From contig CALWQJ010000001.1 in NCBI GenBank assembly GCA_944383645.1, positions 1 to 61,670 of the forward strand: 61,670 bases of DNA, given 5' to 3'. Made by a program: the position numbers and the translations under genes. Origin of the DNA: an uncultured Merdimonas sp. GTDB taxonomy: Bacteria > Bacillota > Clostridia > Lachnospirales > Lachnospiraceae. Below are positions 39,211-48,594 of the stretch, in pieces (the first letter of the stretch is position 1; each line of letters opens with the position of its first letter). The notes below the pieces were generated by a model. It did no database searches. It saw only the letters and a list, made by a program, of their open reading frames with translations, and was not told where the DNA came from.

Positions 39211-39269
39211 TTGTACATATTCACTAAATTTTTGTTGCATTTTTAACAAAATTGTACTACGATAGACAA
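39211..39269. promoter_or_regulatory. Three phased TTGT-N10-ACAA-like operator candidates
   Basis: TTGT at 39211, 39232 and 39252; the 2nd and 3rd are exact TTGT-N10-ACAA; divergent intergenic region. Confidence 0.45.
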
Positions 39270-39298
39270 GACAACCGGGGATAGGGGAGGAATTTACC

Positions 39299-40060
39299 AT
39301 GGATTTACACATAAAAGGAAAAACAGCTATCATCACCGGAGGCACCAAAGGAATCGGCGCCGGAATTGCCCGGGTTTTTGCTGCGGAAGGCGTCAACCTT
39401 GCTCTGGCCTACCGCTCAGACCGAGAAGGGGCGGAAAGCTTTGCCCGTTCTCTCACAGAAAAATATGGAATAAAAGCCCTCTCCCTGAAAGCTGACGTCT
39501 CCGACCCCGCACAGGTCGAAAGATTTTACCATGATGTCCTGTCTTATTATTCCACTGCAGATATCTTAATCAACAATGCCGCCGGCGGCACGCCGGCGGG
39601 CGTTCCGTTTGAAGAACTCACACCAGAGCAGTGGCAGACCTGCATGGACGGCTGCCTGCTCCCCGTCTTTCTTATGTCAAAACACTTTGTACAGGAATGC
39701 CGAAGAGCCGGCCACGGCGGTCATATCGTCAATCTCTCCGCCAAAGCCGCATTCCACAGTACCAGCCGCAACAAAATTCCCTATGCTACTGCCAAGGGAG
39801 CCATTGCCGTTTTAACTAAGCGTATGGCCAATGATCTCATCGAAGACGGCATTTTTGTAAACGCCATCGTCCCCGGCTACGTGCTGAGCAATTATTATCA
39901 GGATCCGGATTCTCCACAGTGCAAAGCCAAGGAAAAGGATCTGCGCATTGGCTGGGCTGTCCCGGAAGACATGGGCCGCATCGCGGCTTTTCTCTGCTCC
40001 CCCTGCTCCCGGCAGATCATCGGCGCCGTCCTGGACTGTAGCGGAGGCACCATGCTCTGA
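39299..40060 (+). CDS. Short-chain dehydrogenase/reductase
   Basis: TGGTKGIG, NNAAG, YATAK (YxxxK), NAIVPG. Confidence 0.93.
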   Translation: MDLHIKGKTAIITGGTKGIGAGIARVFAAEGVNLALAYRSDREGAESFARSLTEKYGIKALSLKADVSDPAQVERFYHDVLSYYSTADILINNAAGGTPAGVPFEELTPEQWQTCMDGCLLPVFLMSKHFVQECRRAGHGGHIVNLSAKAAFHSTSRNKIPYATAKGAIAVLTKRMANDLIEDGIFVNAIVPGYVLSNYYQDPDSPQCKAKEKDLRIGWAVPEDMGRIAAFLCSPCSRQIIGAVLDCSGGTML

Positions 40061-40072
40061 TCCGAATCCTGC

Positions 40073-41944
40073 TTAAAACAGAAGCCGCAGATCCTCCGTC
40101 CGATAGCATCGTTCCGTCAGTTTGCGTCCCTGGGGACTGCAGAGCATCTGATAGGCGTCCGAAAGCTGCTCCAGCAGCTCGTCGTAACTGCTGGCCCAAG
40201 TGAGCAGCCTCCAAATATCGGATTCCTCCTCTTTCCGGTAAATGCTGGTCCGGTTTTCGGCGCTGATTCCAATCACAGTTTTCAGGCAATACCCCCAGTC
40301 AAACCGTTCCTCCTGATACGGAGAGTGCCGCTTCAGAATGTTGCTGTCAAATTTCTCCACTGTATACAGCTCCAGCTTTCCTTCCCCATACTGTTTTTGA
40401 AAAAGCGGAAGCGAAAGCTCCTGTTCCAGCCAGCTTTTTGAAATCGTATCCTGAATATTGCGGATATCCGTATCTGACATGACAGAAGAAACCAGGATAC
40501 AGGGAGAAGAAATGTTTTCCAGCGGAACGGTAGAAATCAGAAAATCCATTTGTTCCAGATCTGTTCTCTTTTCCAGTTGAATCATAGAGACCACATCCAC
40601 GATTTCATAAGTCGGAAAATACTGCTTCAGCTTCGTTACCAAAAGCTGCCGGGTTCCGAACCCGCTGTTGGATACCACCAAAATCTTTTTTTCCAGACGC
40701 TCCGTCTCCAAAAGAGCCTGATAATAGGCCGCGATATAAGACGCCTCTTCCAGACTGACCTCCTTCAAAGAATACTTTTTGCAGACACACCACAGAGCTG
40801 ACTGGCACAGGCCCAAAAGTTCCCCATAATTTTCCTGCATATCTTTCAGAATACTGCTCTGAATATGAATATCGTATTTCATTCGGTTCAACATCGGACG
40901 CACATGCCGCAGCAGCCCGTTCATCAGTTCCGAATCATCGTCCACGGTAATGCGCAAGGCTTTCAGAATGCAGCCACTCATCTCCTGCGCCACCGTACGG
41001 GCCAAATCAAAGGATTGTGTTTTTCCCGTACCGTTTTTTTTGGATTTCTTTGGTCCGATATCCGAAGAGATCAGGTACTTATACAGATAATGAATTTCCT
41101 GTTCCGGAATCGCCCATTTTTTCTGCGCAATTTCCAAAAGCCCATAGGCGAGATCCAGTTGAGTCTGCTGCATTCCCAGAGAATTATCCTGTTCCGGCTC
41201 TATCACATGTTTTCTCCTCGCGCGGGATATGGAAATCAGTATGTGATCCCGCAGATAACTGTAATAGGGCTCTGAAATGGTATACCCGCATTCCCTCTCC
41301 AGGTACTCCATCATTTCCCCGGACAAACCGATCTCTTCCTCATCGAAAATCCCTGTATGTACAAACTGGCTGTCCTCTCTGGACTCCATATATTCTCCCG
41401 GTGTAATCTCCGTGTTTTTAGAAGGACTGCTCTCCCGAATCCAGGCAGCGATGGCATGGCGAATCCCCTTCTCCTGTCCTGTCAACAGTCTTCCCTTACG
41501 GGTTGCCACCAATTTCAGCTGATACTGCTCTCCCCAGCGTTCCACGTATTTGAAATCATTGGAAATACTGGCTCTGCTTACATAAAATTCTTCCGAAAGC
41601 CTCTGTATGGAAAGACCGTTTCGGTCCAGAAGCAGCAGCCGCTTAATGATCTCCCGGCGCCTGCACTCTGTGGACATAGGACCCTTTTCCTCCCGTTCCA
41701 GATTCAGGCTGTTGATCAGGTCCTGATTTCCCCTGGCCTTATCCGGAAGATAAATCCCTCTTCCTGTTTTCCGGATCAGAGTCACATGAAATGGATCCAG
41801 GTATTCCTGAATCACTTTCAAATCCTGCAGTACGGTCTTATCTGATACCTGGAGTCTCTCTGCCAGATATCCTGCGGAACGAAATTCCTTTTCCTGCCAT
41901 AAAAGCTTCAGGCATTTGCTTTGTCTGGTGTTCAAATTTACCAT
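40073..41944 (-). CDS. PRD-containing PTS transcriptional regulator (MtlR/LicR-like)
   Basis: Two HTH regions (VSDKTVLQDL, VSRASISND), PRD His motifs, EIIB-like ILVVSNSGFGT. Confidence 0.88.
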   Translation of the reverse strand: MVNLNTRQSKCLKLLWQEKEFRSAGYLAERLQVSDKTVLQDLKVIQEYLDPFHVTLIRKTGRGIYLPDKARGNQDLINSLNLEREEKGPMSTECRRREIIKRLLLLDRNGLSIQRLSEEFYVSRASISNDFKYVERWGEQYQLKLVATRKGRLLTGQEKGIRHAIAAWIRESSPSKNTEITPGEYMESREDSQFVHTGIFDEEEIGLSGEMMEYLERECGYTISEPYYSYLRDHILISISRARRKHVIEPEQDNSLGMQQTQLDLAYGLLEIAQKKWAIPEQEIHYLYKYLISSDIGPKKSKKNGTGKTQSFDLARTVAQEMSGCILKALRITVDDDSELMNGLLRHVRPMLNRMKYDIHIQSSILKDMQENYGELLGLCQSALWCVCKKYSLKEVSLEEASYIAAYYQALLETERLEKKILVVSNSGFGTRQLLVTKLKQYFPTYEIVDVVSMIQLEKRTDLEQMDFLISTVPLENISSPCILVSSVMSDTDIRNIQDTISKSWLEQELSLPLFQKQYGEGKLELYTVEKFDSNILKRHSPYQEERFDWGYCLKTVIGISAENRTSIYRKEEESDIWRLLTWASSYDELLEQLSDAYQMLCSPQGRKLTERCYRTEDLRLLF

Positions 41945-42160
41945 ATTCTACCTCGTGCGTCCTGCTGTCTTTCTCTCGTTCTCATCCGTATATCATACTG
42001 AAAAACGCACGAGGTGTAAAGCCTTTCTTTATTCGTCTGCAAAGGAAGGAAATCATTTGATTCACTTTATTTTGGTCCATAGAATTAAACAAACAGAAAT
42101 GGGATCCCCTGCAGCATATGTTTTTGCCGCAAGCGATCCCCTTCCTCTTTGTCCTTTAAC

Positions 42161-43033
42161 CTATTCCGGAACTTCCTTCGCCATCCCGCTGCCCACCTGC
42201 AGCTCCGCCGCCCCGGCATAGCTTTCCTGAAGCTCCAAAAGCCTTTTTTCTGCCTCTTCTCTGGTGTCAAATTCTCCGATTGCCAGGATAAAGCTTCCTT
42301 CCTGCGTCCTCACCTGCGACGGCTCCTCCGCCTTATATTTCTCAAGCAGCGCCCGAAGGCTGTCATCCTGCTCCATACCCTCTGTCCGCAGATAATAGAC
42401 CTGCTGCTCAGGCGCATTTTCCTCCGCTGTATAATAGGCGTCCTGGAACAGGCGCACGGAGAGCGTTCCCGGGAAAATCTGCTCCATCACCTCGTAATCA
42501 TACAGGCGGTTGAGGACAATGGTGAAGCTCACGGTATCCTTTTCCAGCGAAAGAGTACGGTAGACGTCCGATACGCCCTTCATTTCCCGAATTTGGGCCT
42601 CCAGCTTTTCATATTCTTCCTCCGTCAGGCTTTTCAGGGACAGGTCGATCCGGCAGGGCGCGTCGTGCCCCTGGACCCTGTAGGGAACCACCGTATCTGT
42701 AGTCCGTCCCTGATTTACGAAGCGGACGATCAGCTCGCTGTCCACCACCTCCACAGAAATACCCTCATGCAGGGTCGTCTTCCCGCCGCCCCCGATATGG
42801 AGCGCCCGGACGAACTCTCCCACCACGGGAAGCCCGCTGGCGTAAGCGTACACGGACGGGATGTTCGCGCTGCAAAAAAGCAAAGCGAACGCGGCGGCGG
42901 CAGCCGTAAGGGAGGCTGACAGGCGTTTCTTCCGGCGTATCCGCTCCGCCCTTCCCATTCCGGCGTAAATCGCCTGGACAAGCCGGTCGTCGGGTATCTC
43001 TATATTCTCATAAGCAAATCTTTCCGCATCCAT
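42161..43033 (-). CDS. Anti-sigma factor (DUF4179-like) with a C-terminal SPOR-like domain
   Basis: YENIEIPDDRL...TM...PSVYAYASGLPVVG; C-terminal FILAIGEFDTREEAEKRL; directly after the ECF sigma gene. Confidence 0.75.
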   Translation of the reverse strand: MDAERFAYENIEIPDDRLVQAIYAGMGRAERIRRKKRLSASLTAAAAAFALLFCSANIPSVYAYASGLPVVGEFVRALHIGGGGKTTLHEGISVEVVDSELIVRFVNQGRTTDTVVPYRVQGHDAPCRIDLSLKSLTEEEYEKLEAQIREMKGVSDVYRTLSLEKDTVSFTIVLNRLYDYEVMEQIFPGTLSVRLFQDAYYTAEENAPEQQVYYLRTEGMEQDDSLRALLEKYKAEEPSQVRTQEGSFILAIGEFDTREEAEKRLLELQESYAGAAELQVGSGMAKEVPE

Positions 43034-43037
43034 AGTT

Positions 43038-43550
43038 CTATCCTCCAGTCATGTGTCGTTTCATTTTGTCCAGCGCTCTGTAGGACCGCGACTTCACGGT
43101 GCTCTCCGGAAGCCGCAGCATCTGGGCGATCTCCCGGAAATTGTAGGCCTCGAAATAGCGCAGCACAATGTAGGTGCGCTCCTCCGGCTCCAGGATGTCC
43201 AGCGCGTTGTAGAGATCCATCAGGGATTCCCGATCGGGCCCGGTCTCCGAAGCCTCTCCTGCCTGCGCCGCCTCCGGATATCCGCCGGAATCCTCCGGAA
43301 GCGGAGCCAGGCGGGAATTTTTCCGGATAAAATCAATCGAGGTATTTACGATAATCCGTGTCATCCAGGTCACAAAATATTCCGCGCTGTCCAGATCTTT
43401 TAAGTGCAGCAGGCCCTTGCAGGAGGCCTCGCTGACAATGTCCAGGGCGTCCTGCTCGTTTTTCACATAACTGTAGGCAATGCAGTAAAACCGCTTACGG
43501 TTTTCCATGATTTTTTCCGCAAATTCGTGCTTTCCTATCTGCCTTTTCAT
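43038..43550 (-). CDS. ECF RNA polymerase sigma factor (SigV-like)
   Basis: IAYSYVKNEQDALDIV, TWMTRI, EIAQML...TVKSR. Confidence 0.93.
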   Translation of the reverse strand: MKRQIGKHEFAEKIMENRKRFYCIAYSYVKNEQDALDIVSEASCKGLLHLKDLDSAEYFVTWMTRIIVNTSIDFIRKNSRLAPLPEDSGGYPEAAQAGEASETGPDRESLMDLYNALDILEPEERTYIVLRYFEAYNFREIAQMLRLPESTVKSRSYRALDKMKRHMTGG

Positions 43551-44263
43551 ACTCCCTCAAGGGTCAGGTAATTTCCCGTCTGCATATCGTCCGCCAGGTC
43601 GTTGCAGAGAACCGCCACGCCCTGTACGCTCTCCAGGCCGCTCACTGCCTCCGCATCAGAGACGTTCGTGTACACGCCGTCTGTGCAGGAAAGCTTCACA
43701 TACTCTGTTTCCGCTCCGCCGCCGGAACGCTCCAGAATCAGGTCTTTGGGGCCGCCCTCCTCGTTGTCCACAACGATGACCGGCAGATTGACCTGGGTAA
43801 AGGCCTGCTTTACCGCCAGAGCGCCATCCTGCTCTTCGCACCAGAGAGCCGAGGAGCCGCCGCTTCCGCTGGTATAGCTTCCCACCACGACTGCGAAAAT
43901 CTCGTTCGTCCCATCGCTGTCCAGATCCACGTAGTTATAGTAATACCGGGAATCCGCCAGTTCATCGTCCGGAATCTCATAATATTCCGCAATCAGCTTT
44001 CGAAGTTCCTCATTCGGTTCCGTCTCGGATTTCTCCCGCACCACGTCTGCCGGGAGCCAGGAAAAGGCTTCCTGAGACTTAAGGCCGGCCTCTTCCGTGC
44101 CTGCCGCTTCAGAATCTACTGCATCTACTGCATCTGTCTGTGCCTGGGACTCGTTTACCGTTTCATCCTTCTGCGCCGCACTGTTCTTTGCTCCTCCTGC
44201 GCAGCCTGCCATAAAAACAAGGGCGGACGCCGCCAGTAAAAGTGATACCGTGTTCTTCTTCAT
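43547..44263 (-). CDS. Acidic lipoprotein with a DxDxDG Ca-binding-like motif
   Basis: Lipobox MAGC; DLDSDGTNEI; overlaps the sigma gene by 4 nt. Confidence 0.8.
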   Translation of the reverse strand: MKKNTVSLLLAASALVFMAGCAGGAKNSAAQKDETVNESQAQTDAVDAVDSEAAGTEEAGLKSQEAFSWLPADVVREKSETEPNEELRKLIAEYYEIPDDELADSRYYYNYVDLDSDGTNEIFAVVVGSYTSGSGGSSALWCEEQDGALAVKQAFTQVNLPVIVVDNEEGGPKDLILERSGGGAETEYVKLSCTDGVYTNVSDAEAVSGLESVQGVAVLCNDLADDMQTGNYLTLEGV

Positions 44264-44410
44264 AGGTTTGTCTCCTTTTTTCTTTGTCTTAATTTGTCTT
44301 ATATCTGTTAGACGGATGAAAAACAGATTTCGACGAAGTTTTTTTTAATTTTTTTATTTTTCGCTGCAATCCGGGACGCAAAGCTATGGAAAAAGCTGAC
44401 CGGGCGGGGG

Positions 44411-45592
44411 TTACCCCACCACGATCAGCTCTGCCGTCTCGATGGCCTTATCCACCATCTCGTCGATCTTCTCCGCCAGTTTCAGCTCGGAGCGTTTGAT
44501 CACATGGATATTCGGTTTTGTCACCGGATGCTTCGCCACAAAGATCGTGCAGCAGTCCTCGAAGGGCTGGATGGACGTCTCGTAGGTGTCGATCTGCTTG
44601 GCGATGGTGACGATGTCTTCCTTGTCAAAGGCAATCAGCGGACGGAAGACGGGCATCGTGCAGACCTCGTTCGTGGCTGCCAGGCTTGGAACCGTCTGGC
44701 TTGCCACCTGGCCGATGCTCTCGCCGGTGACGAGGCCCAGGCAGCCGGTCTTTTCCGCGATCCGCTCGGCGATCCGCATCATATAGCGGCGCATGATGAT
44801 CGTCAGCTCGTCGTGGGGGCACTTCTCATAAATGTAAAGCTGGATGTCCGTAAAGTTTACCACATACAGGTAGATGGGGCCGGTGAAGCGGGAGACTTTT
44901 TCCGCCAGATCCACTACTTTTTGCTTCGCCCGCTCGCTGGTGTAGGGCGGCGCGTGGAAATAGACCGCGTCGATCTTCACGCCGCGCTTCGCCACCATAT
45001 ATCCGGCCACCGGGCTGTCGATGCCGCCGGAGAGCAGCAGCATAGATTTCCCGTTCGTCCCGATGGGCATGCCGCCCAGTCCAGGGATCACATCCGAATA
45101 CAGATAAATCTTCTCGCGGACCTCGATGTGAAGCATCAGCTCCGGCTCATGGACGTCCACCTTCATCTTCGGGAAGGCGTCCAGGATCCTCCCTCCAAGC
45201 TCCGCGTTCATCTCCATGGATGCCATGGGATAGGTCTTGCGCGCCCTCTTGGCGTGAACCTTGAAGGTCTTGCCGCAGTCTTCGCCATAACGCTCCTTCA
45301 GATAGGAAACGACGGACTTTGCCAGGCTGTCAAAGCCCTGATCCTCTAAAATCACCACCGGGCAGATCCCCACGATGCCGAATACCCGGCGCAGGGCCTC
45401 CACCGCCTCGTCATAATCGTAATCTCCCAGGGCCTCCGCGTAAATGCGGCCCTGCTCCTTGGTTACCCGGAATTCCCCATCCACCTGCTTTAAGGCGTGG
45501 CGGATCTGGGCCACCAGCGCGTCCTCAAACAGGTAGCGGTTCTTGCCCTTGATTCCAATCTCTCCATATTTTATCAAAAACGCGTGAAACAT
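44411..45592 (-). CDS. thiI: tRNA 4-thiouridine synthase ThiI
   Basis: IKYGEIGIKGKNR, THUMP domain, SGGIDSPVA, GESIGQVASQT, EDCC. Confidence 0.97.
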   Translation of the reverse strand: MFHAFLIKYGEIGIKGKNRYLFEDALVAQIRHALKQVDGEFRVTKEQGRIYAEALGDYDYDEAVEALRRVFGIVGICPVVILEDQGFDSLAKSVVSYLKERYGEDCGKTFKVHAKRARKTYPMASMEMNAELGGRILDAFPKMKVDVHEPELMLHIEVREKIYLYSDVIPGLGGMPIGTNGKSMLLLSGGIDSPVAGYMVAKRGVKIDAVYFHAPPYTSERAKQKVVDLAEKVSRFTGPIYLYVVNFTDIQLYIYEKCPHDELTIIMRRYMMRIAERIAEKTGCLGLVTGESIGQVASQTVPSLAATNEVCTMPVFRPLIAFDKEDIVTIAKQIDTYETSIQPFEDCCTIFVAKHPVTKPNIHVIKRSELKLAEKIDEMVDKAIETAELIVVG

Positions 45593-45606
45593 CTCTTTCC
45601 CCTTTC

Positions 45607-46761
45607 CTAACGTCTCGTGAACCGCCGAAGCACCGGCAGCAGCTCCCTTAAGGCGGCCAGCGTGTAATCCAGCTCCTCCTTTGTGGTAAACTCGCAGAAG
45701 CTGAACCGGAGCGTAGACTCCAGAAGCTCCTTTTTCACTCCAATAGCCTGAAGCGTCCGGCTGGGCGCCGGATGGTTGGAGGAGCAGGCCGACCCGGCGG
45801 ATACATAGATGCCCTTGTCCTCCAGGGCGTGGAGCAGCACCTCGCTTCGGACGCCCGCGAAGCTGACGCTTACGATGTGGGGCGCTCCCTCCCGGCCCTG
45901 GGGGCCGTTCACCACCGTTCCCTCGATCCGTTTGATTTCCTGGATGAAATACTCCCTGAGGGAATACAGCCGCTCTGTCTTTTCCTCAAAACCGGTATAA
46001 ATCTCTTTCACAGCCTCCGCCATGGCCGCCACGCCGGGAACGTTTTCCGTGCCGGAGCGCAGATCCCGCTGCTGGCCGCCGCCGAACAAAATGGGCTGAA
46101 TCTTCACGCCGGCATCCACATAAAGGAAGCCGACTCCCTTGGGCCCGTGGATCTTGTGGCTGCTGACGCTCATAAGATCGATACCCAGCTTCTTCGGATA
46201 AATGCGGAATTTCCCGTAGGCCTGCACCGCATCCACATGGAAGAGGATTTTGTGATTCTGCTTTTTCAGAAGCTCCCCGATTTCCTGGATGGGCTGCACC
46301 GATCCGATTTCGTTATTGACGTACATGACAGAGACCAGAATCGTGTCGTCACAGAGGACCTCCTCCAGATCCGAAAGACGCACGATTCCCCGCTCGTCCA
46401 CCGGCAGATAGGTCACGCGGAAGCCTTCCTCTTCCAGTTCTTTCATGGTATTCAAGATAGCCGCGTGCTCAAAGCTGGTGGTGATCAGATGCTTTCCCGC
46501 CCGCCGGTTCGCCCGGGCGCAGCCCAGCAGCGCCAGATTATCGCTCTCCGTGCCCCCGGAGGTAAAGCAGATCTCCTTTTCCTCCACCTTCATGCTGCGG
46601 GCGATCAGCTTCGCGGCCTCTCTCCGATACCGCTCCGCCTCCACGCCCCTCTGGTGCATGGAAGAGGTGTTGCCATAATGCTCCGTCATCAATTCATACA
46701 TCAGCTTCGCCGCGCCCTCGTAGCAGCGGGTCGTCGCTGAATTGTCCAGATATATTTCCAT
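45607..46761 (-). CDS. Cysteine desulfurase (IscS/NifZ type, ThiI partner)
   Basis: YLDNSATT, TSGGTESDN, SSHKIHGPKG, SAGSACSS. Confidence 0.95.
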   Translation of the reverse strand: MEIYLDNSATTRCYEGAAKLMYELMTEHYGNTSSMHQRGVEAERYRREAAKLIARSMKVEEKEICFTSGGTESDNLALLGCARANRRAGKHLITTSFEHAAILNTMKELEEEGFRVTYLPVDERGIVRLSDLEEVLCDDTILVSVMYVNNEIGSVQPIQEIGELLKKQNHKILFHVDAVQAYGKFRIYPKKLGIDLMSVSSHKIHGPKGVGFLYVDAGVKIQPILFGGGQQRDLRSGTENVPGVAAMAEAVKEIYTGFEEKTERLYSLREYFIQEIKRIEGTVVNGPQGREGAPHIVSVSFAGVRSEVLLHALEDKGIYVSAGSACSSNHPAPSRTLQAIGVKKELLESTLRFSFCEFTTKEELDYTLAALRELLPVLRRFTRR

Positions 46762-46766
46762 TTCGT

Positions 46767-47504
46767 CTATTCCTCCAGCAGATATCCAAGCATGGCCAGC
46801 ACAGCCATCCCAGCCGTCTCCGTGCGCAGGATGCGCCGCCCCAGGGTGATGGGCCGCGCGCCCGCCTCCATGGCCTCCCGGACTTCCTCTTCCTCGAAGC
46901 CGCCCTCCGGCCCGATGAACACGCCGATGGAGGCTCCTGCGGGAATTCCGGACAGGATTTCCCGGGTGCGGGCCATGTTTTCCGCCTTCTCATAGGGAAT
47001 CAGGCAGACGTCCAGCTCCCCGGCTTCCTCCACAGCCTCCTTAAAGCCCCGGACCCCGGAGATCTCCGGGATAATGCCGCGCCCTGACTGCTTGGCGGCG
47101 CTCTCCGAGACAGCCGTCCACCGCTTTCTGCGGCTTTCCTCCTTTTTCGCGTCCAGCTTTACCACCGTGCGCTTCGTGGTCACAGGCACAATACGGAAGA
47201 CGCCCAGCTCCACGCATTTCTGGATGATAAGATCCATCTTATCGCTTTTGGGCAGTCCCTGAAACAGCGTGATCCTCGAGGGAAGCTCCGCGCTGCCGCT
47301 AAACTTCCGGCAGATCTCCGCCCGGATCTCACTGTCCTGAAGCTCTCTTAAAATACAGCGGTATTCGCTGCCCTGCCCATCGGCGGCCAGAAGCTCCTCC
47401 CCCGCCCGCATCCGCAGAACGTTCCGGATGTGGTTCACATCCGACCCGGTAATTACGATTTCCTTTTCTCCAATCTGGGAGGGCTCCACAAAAAAACGAT
47501 GCAT
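46767..47504 (-). CDS. rsmE: 16S rRNA m3U1498 methyltransferase
   Basis: HIRNVLR, KCVELG, IGPEGGF, LGRRILRTETA. Confidence 0.97.
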   Translation of the reverse strand: MHRFFVEPSQIGEKEIVITGSDVNHIRNVLRMRAGEELLAADGQGSEYRCILRELQDSEIRAEICRKFSGSAELPSRITLFQGLPKSDKMDLIIQKCVELGVFRIVPVTTKRTVVKLDAKKEESRRKRWTAVSESAAKQSGRGIIPEISGVRGFKEAVEEAGELDVCLIPYEKAENMARTREILSGIPAGASIGVFIGPEGGFEEEEVREAMEAGARPITLGRRILRTETAGMAVLAMLGYLLEE

Positions 47505-47527
47505 AACCAGGCTCCTTTACCGATCCC

Positions 47528-48487
47528 TTACTGTTCCTTCCGGGCCGTCACGCTGACCCATTCCCCCTGGTGCGTCACCTCCAGCACCGTGAGGCCGCAG
47601 TCCTTTACGGTCTTCACCACCAGGTCCTCCTTGTCATCAATGATGCCGGACGTGATATAGATTCCGCCGGGCTTTAACTGAGAGAGGATCACCGGCGTCA
47701 GGGGCACCAGCACCTCCGCCAGGATATTCGCCACGACAATGTCATAGCAGCCGCAGCCCACCCGGTCCTGAACCTCCTTCTCGCTGATAATATTTCCAAT
47801 CAGCATCTCAAAGGAGGCGGGATCGATGCCGTTGACCTCCATGTTCTCCTTCACGGCCTCCAGCGCGCAGGGGTCCAGATCGATTCCCACCGCGTGCTTC
47901 GCCCCCAGTTTCAGGCTGATGATGGACAGAATGCCGCTGCCTGTGCCCACATCCAGCAGCACCGTCTCCGGCGTCAGGTATTTGCGAAGCTGGCGGATGC
48001 ACAGCTGGGTCGTCTCATGCATGCCCGTGCCAAAGGCCGTGCCCGGGTCAATCTGGATCAGAAGCTTATCCCGATCCTCCGGCTGCACCTCTTCCCAGGA
48101 GGGCTTGATCAGGATGTCGTCCACATAGAACTGATGGAAAAATTCCTTCCAGTTGTTGATCCAGTCCTTGTCCTCCGTCTCGGACGCCGCAATCGTTCCT
48201 TCGCCCACATCCACGCCCCAGCTTCGGATCTCATCCAGGCCTTCCCGCACCCGCTCTAGCATCTGCGCCTGATCGTCCTCCGGCTCCAGATAAAAGCTGA
48301 TATACGCCACGCCGTCGTCCTCCGGCGCGTCCGGCAGGATGTCCACGAACATCTGCTCCTTATCCCGCTGGCTTAAGGGCACCTTATCCTCGATCTCGAT
48401 ACCCTCAATCCCTGCGTCCTGCATCATGGAGCTAATCAGATCCTCGGCCTCCGTCCTCGTCTTTAAAGTGTATTTATTCCATTTCAA
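47528..48487 (-). CDS. prmA: Ribosomal protein L11 methyltransferase
   Basis: DPGTAFGTGMHETT, DVGTGSGILS, VANILA, SGII; probable TTG start at 48487. Confidence 0.96.
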   Translation of the reverse strand: MKWNKYTLKTRTEAEDLISSMMQDAGIEGIEIEDKVPLSQRDKEQMFVDILPDAPEDDGVAYISFYLEPEDDQAQMLERVREGLDEIRSWGVDVGEGTIAASETEDKDWINNWKEFFHQFYVDDILIKPSWEEVQPEDRDKLLIQIDPGTAFGTGMHETTQLCIRQLRKYLTPETVLLDVGTGSGILSIISLKLGAKHAVGIDLDPCALEAVKENMEVNGIDPASFEMLIGNIISEKEVQDRVGCGCYDIVVANILAEVLVPLTPVILSQLKPGGIYITSGIIDDKEDLVVKTVKDCGLTVLEVTHQGEWVSVTARKEQ

Positions 48488-48594
48488 TGCCGTTCTCTCC
48501 TTTTCTCTGCACATCTTATCATAAATCAAAAGCCCCGGCAAGTGCCCGCTGGCCGCTGCCCGCGCCGCTCTTCAGGCAGCGGCAGCGCCGCCTC

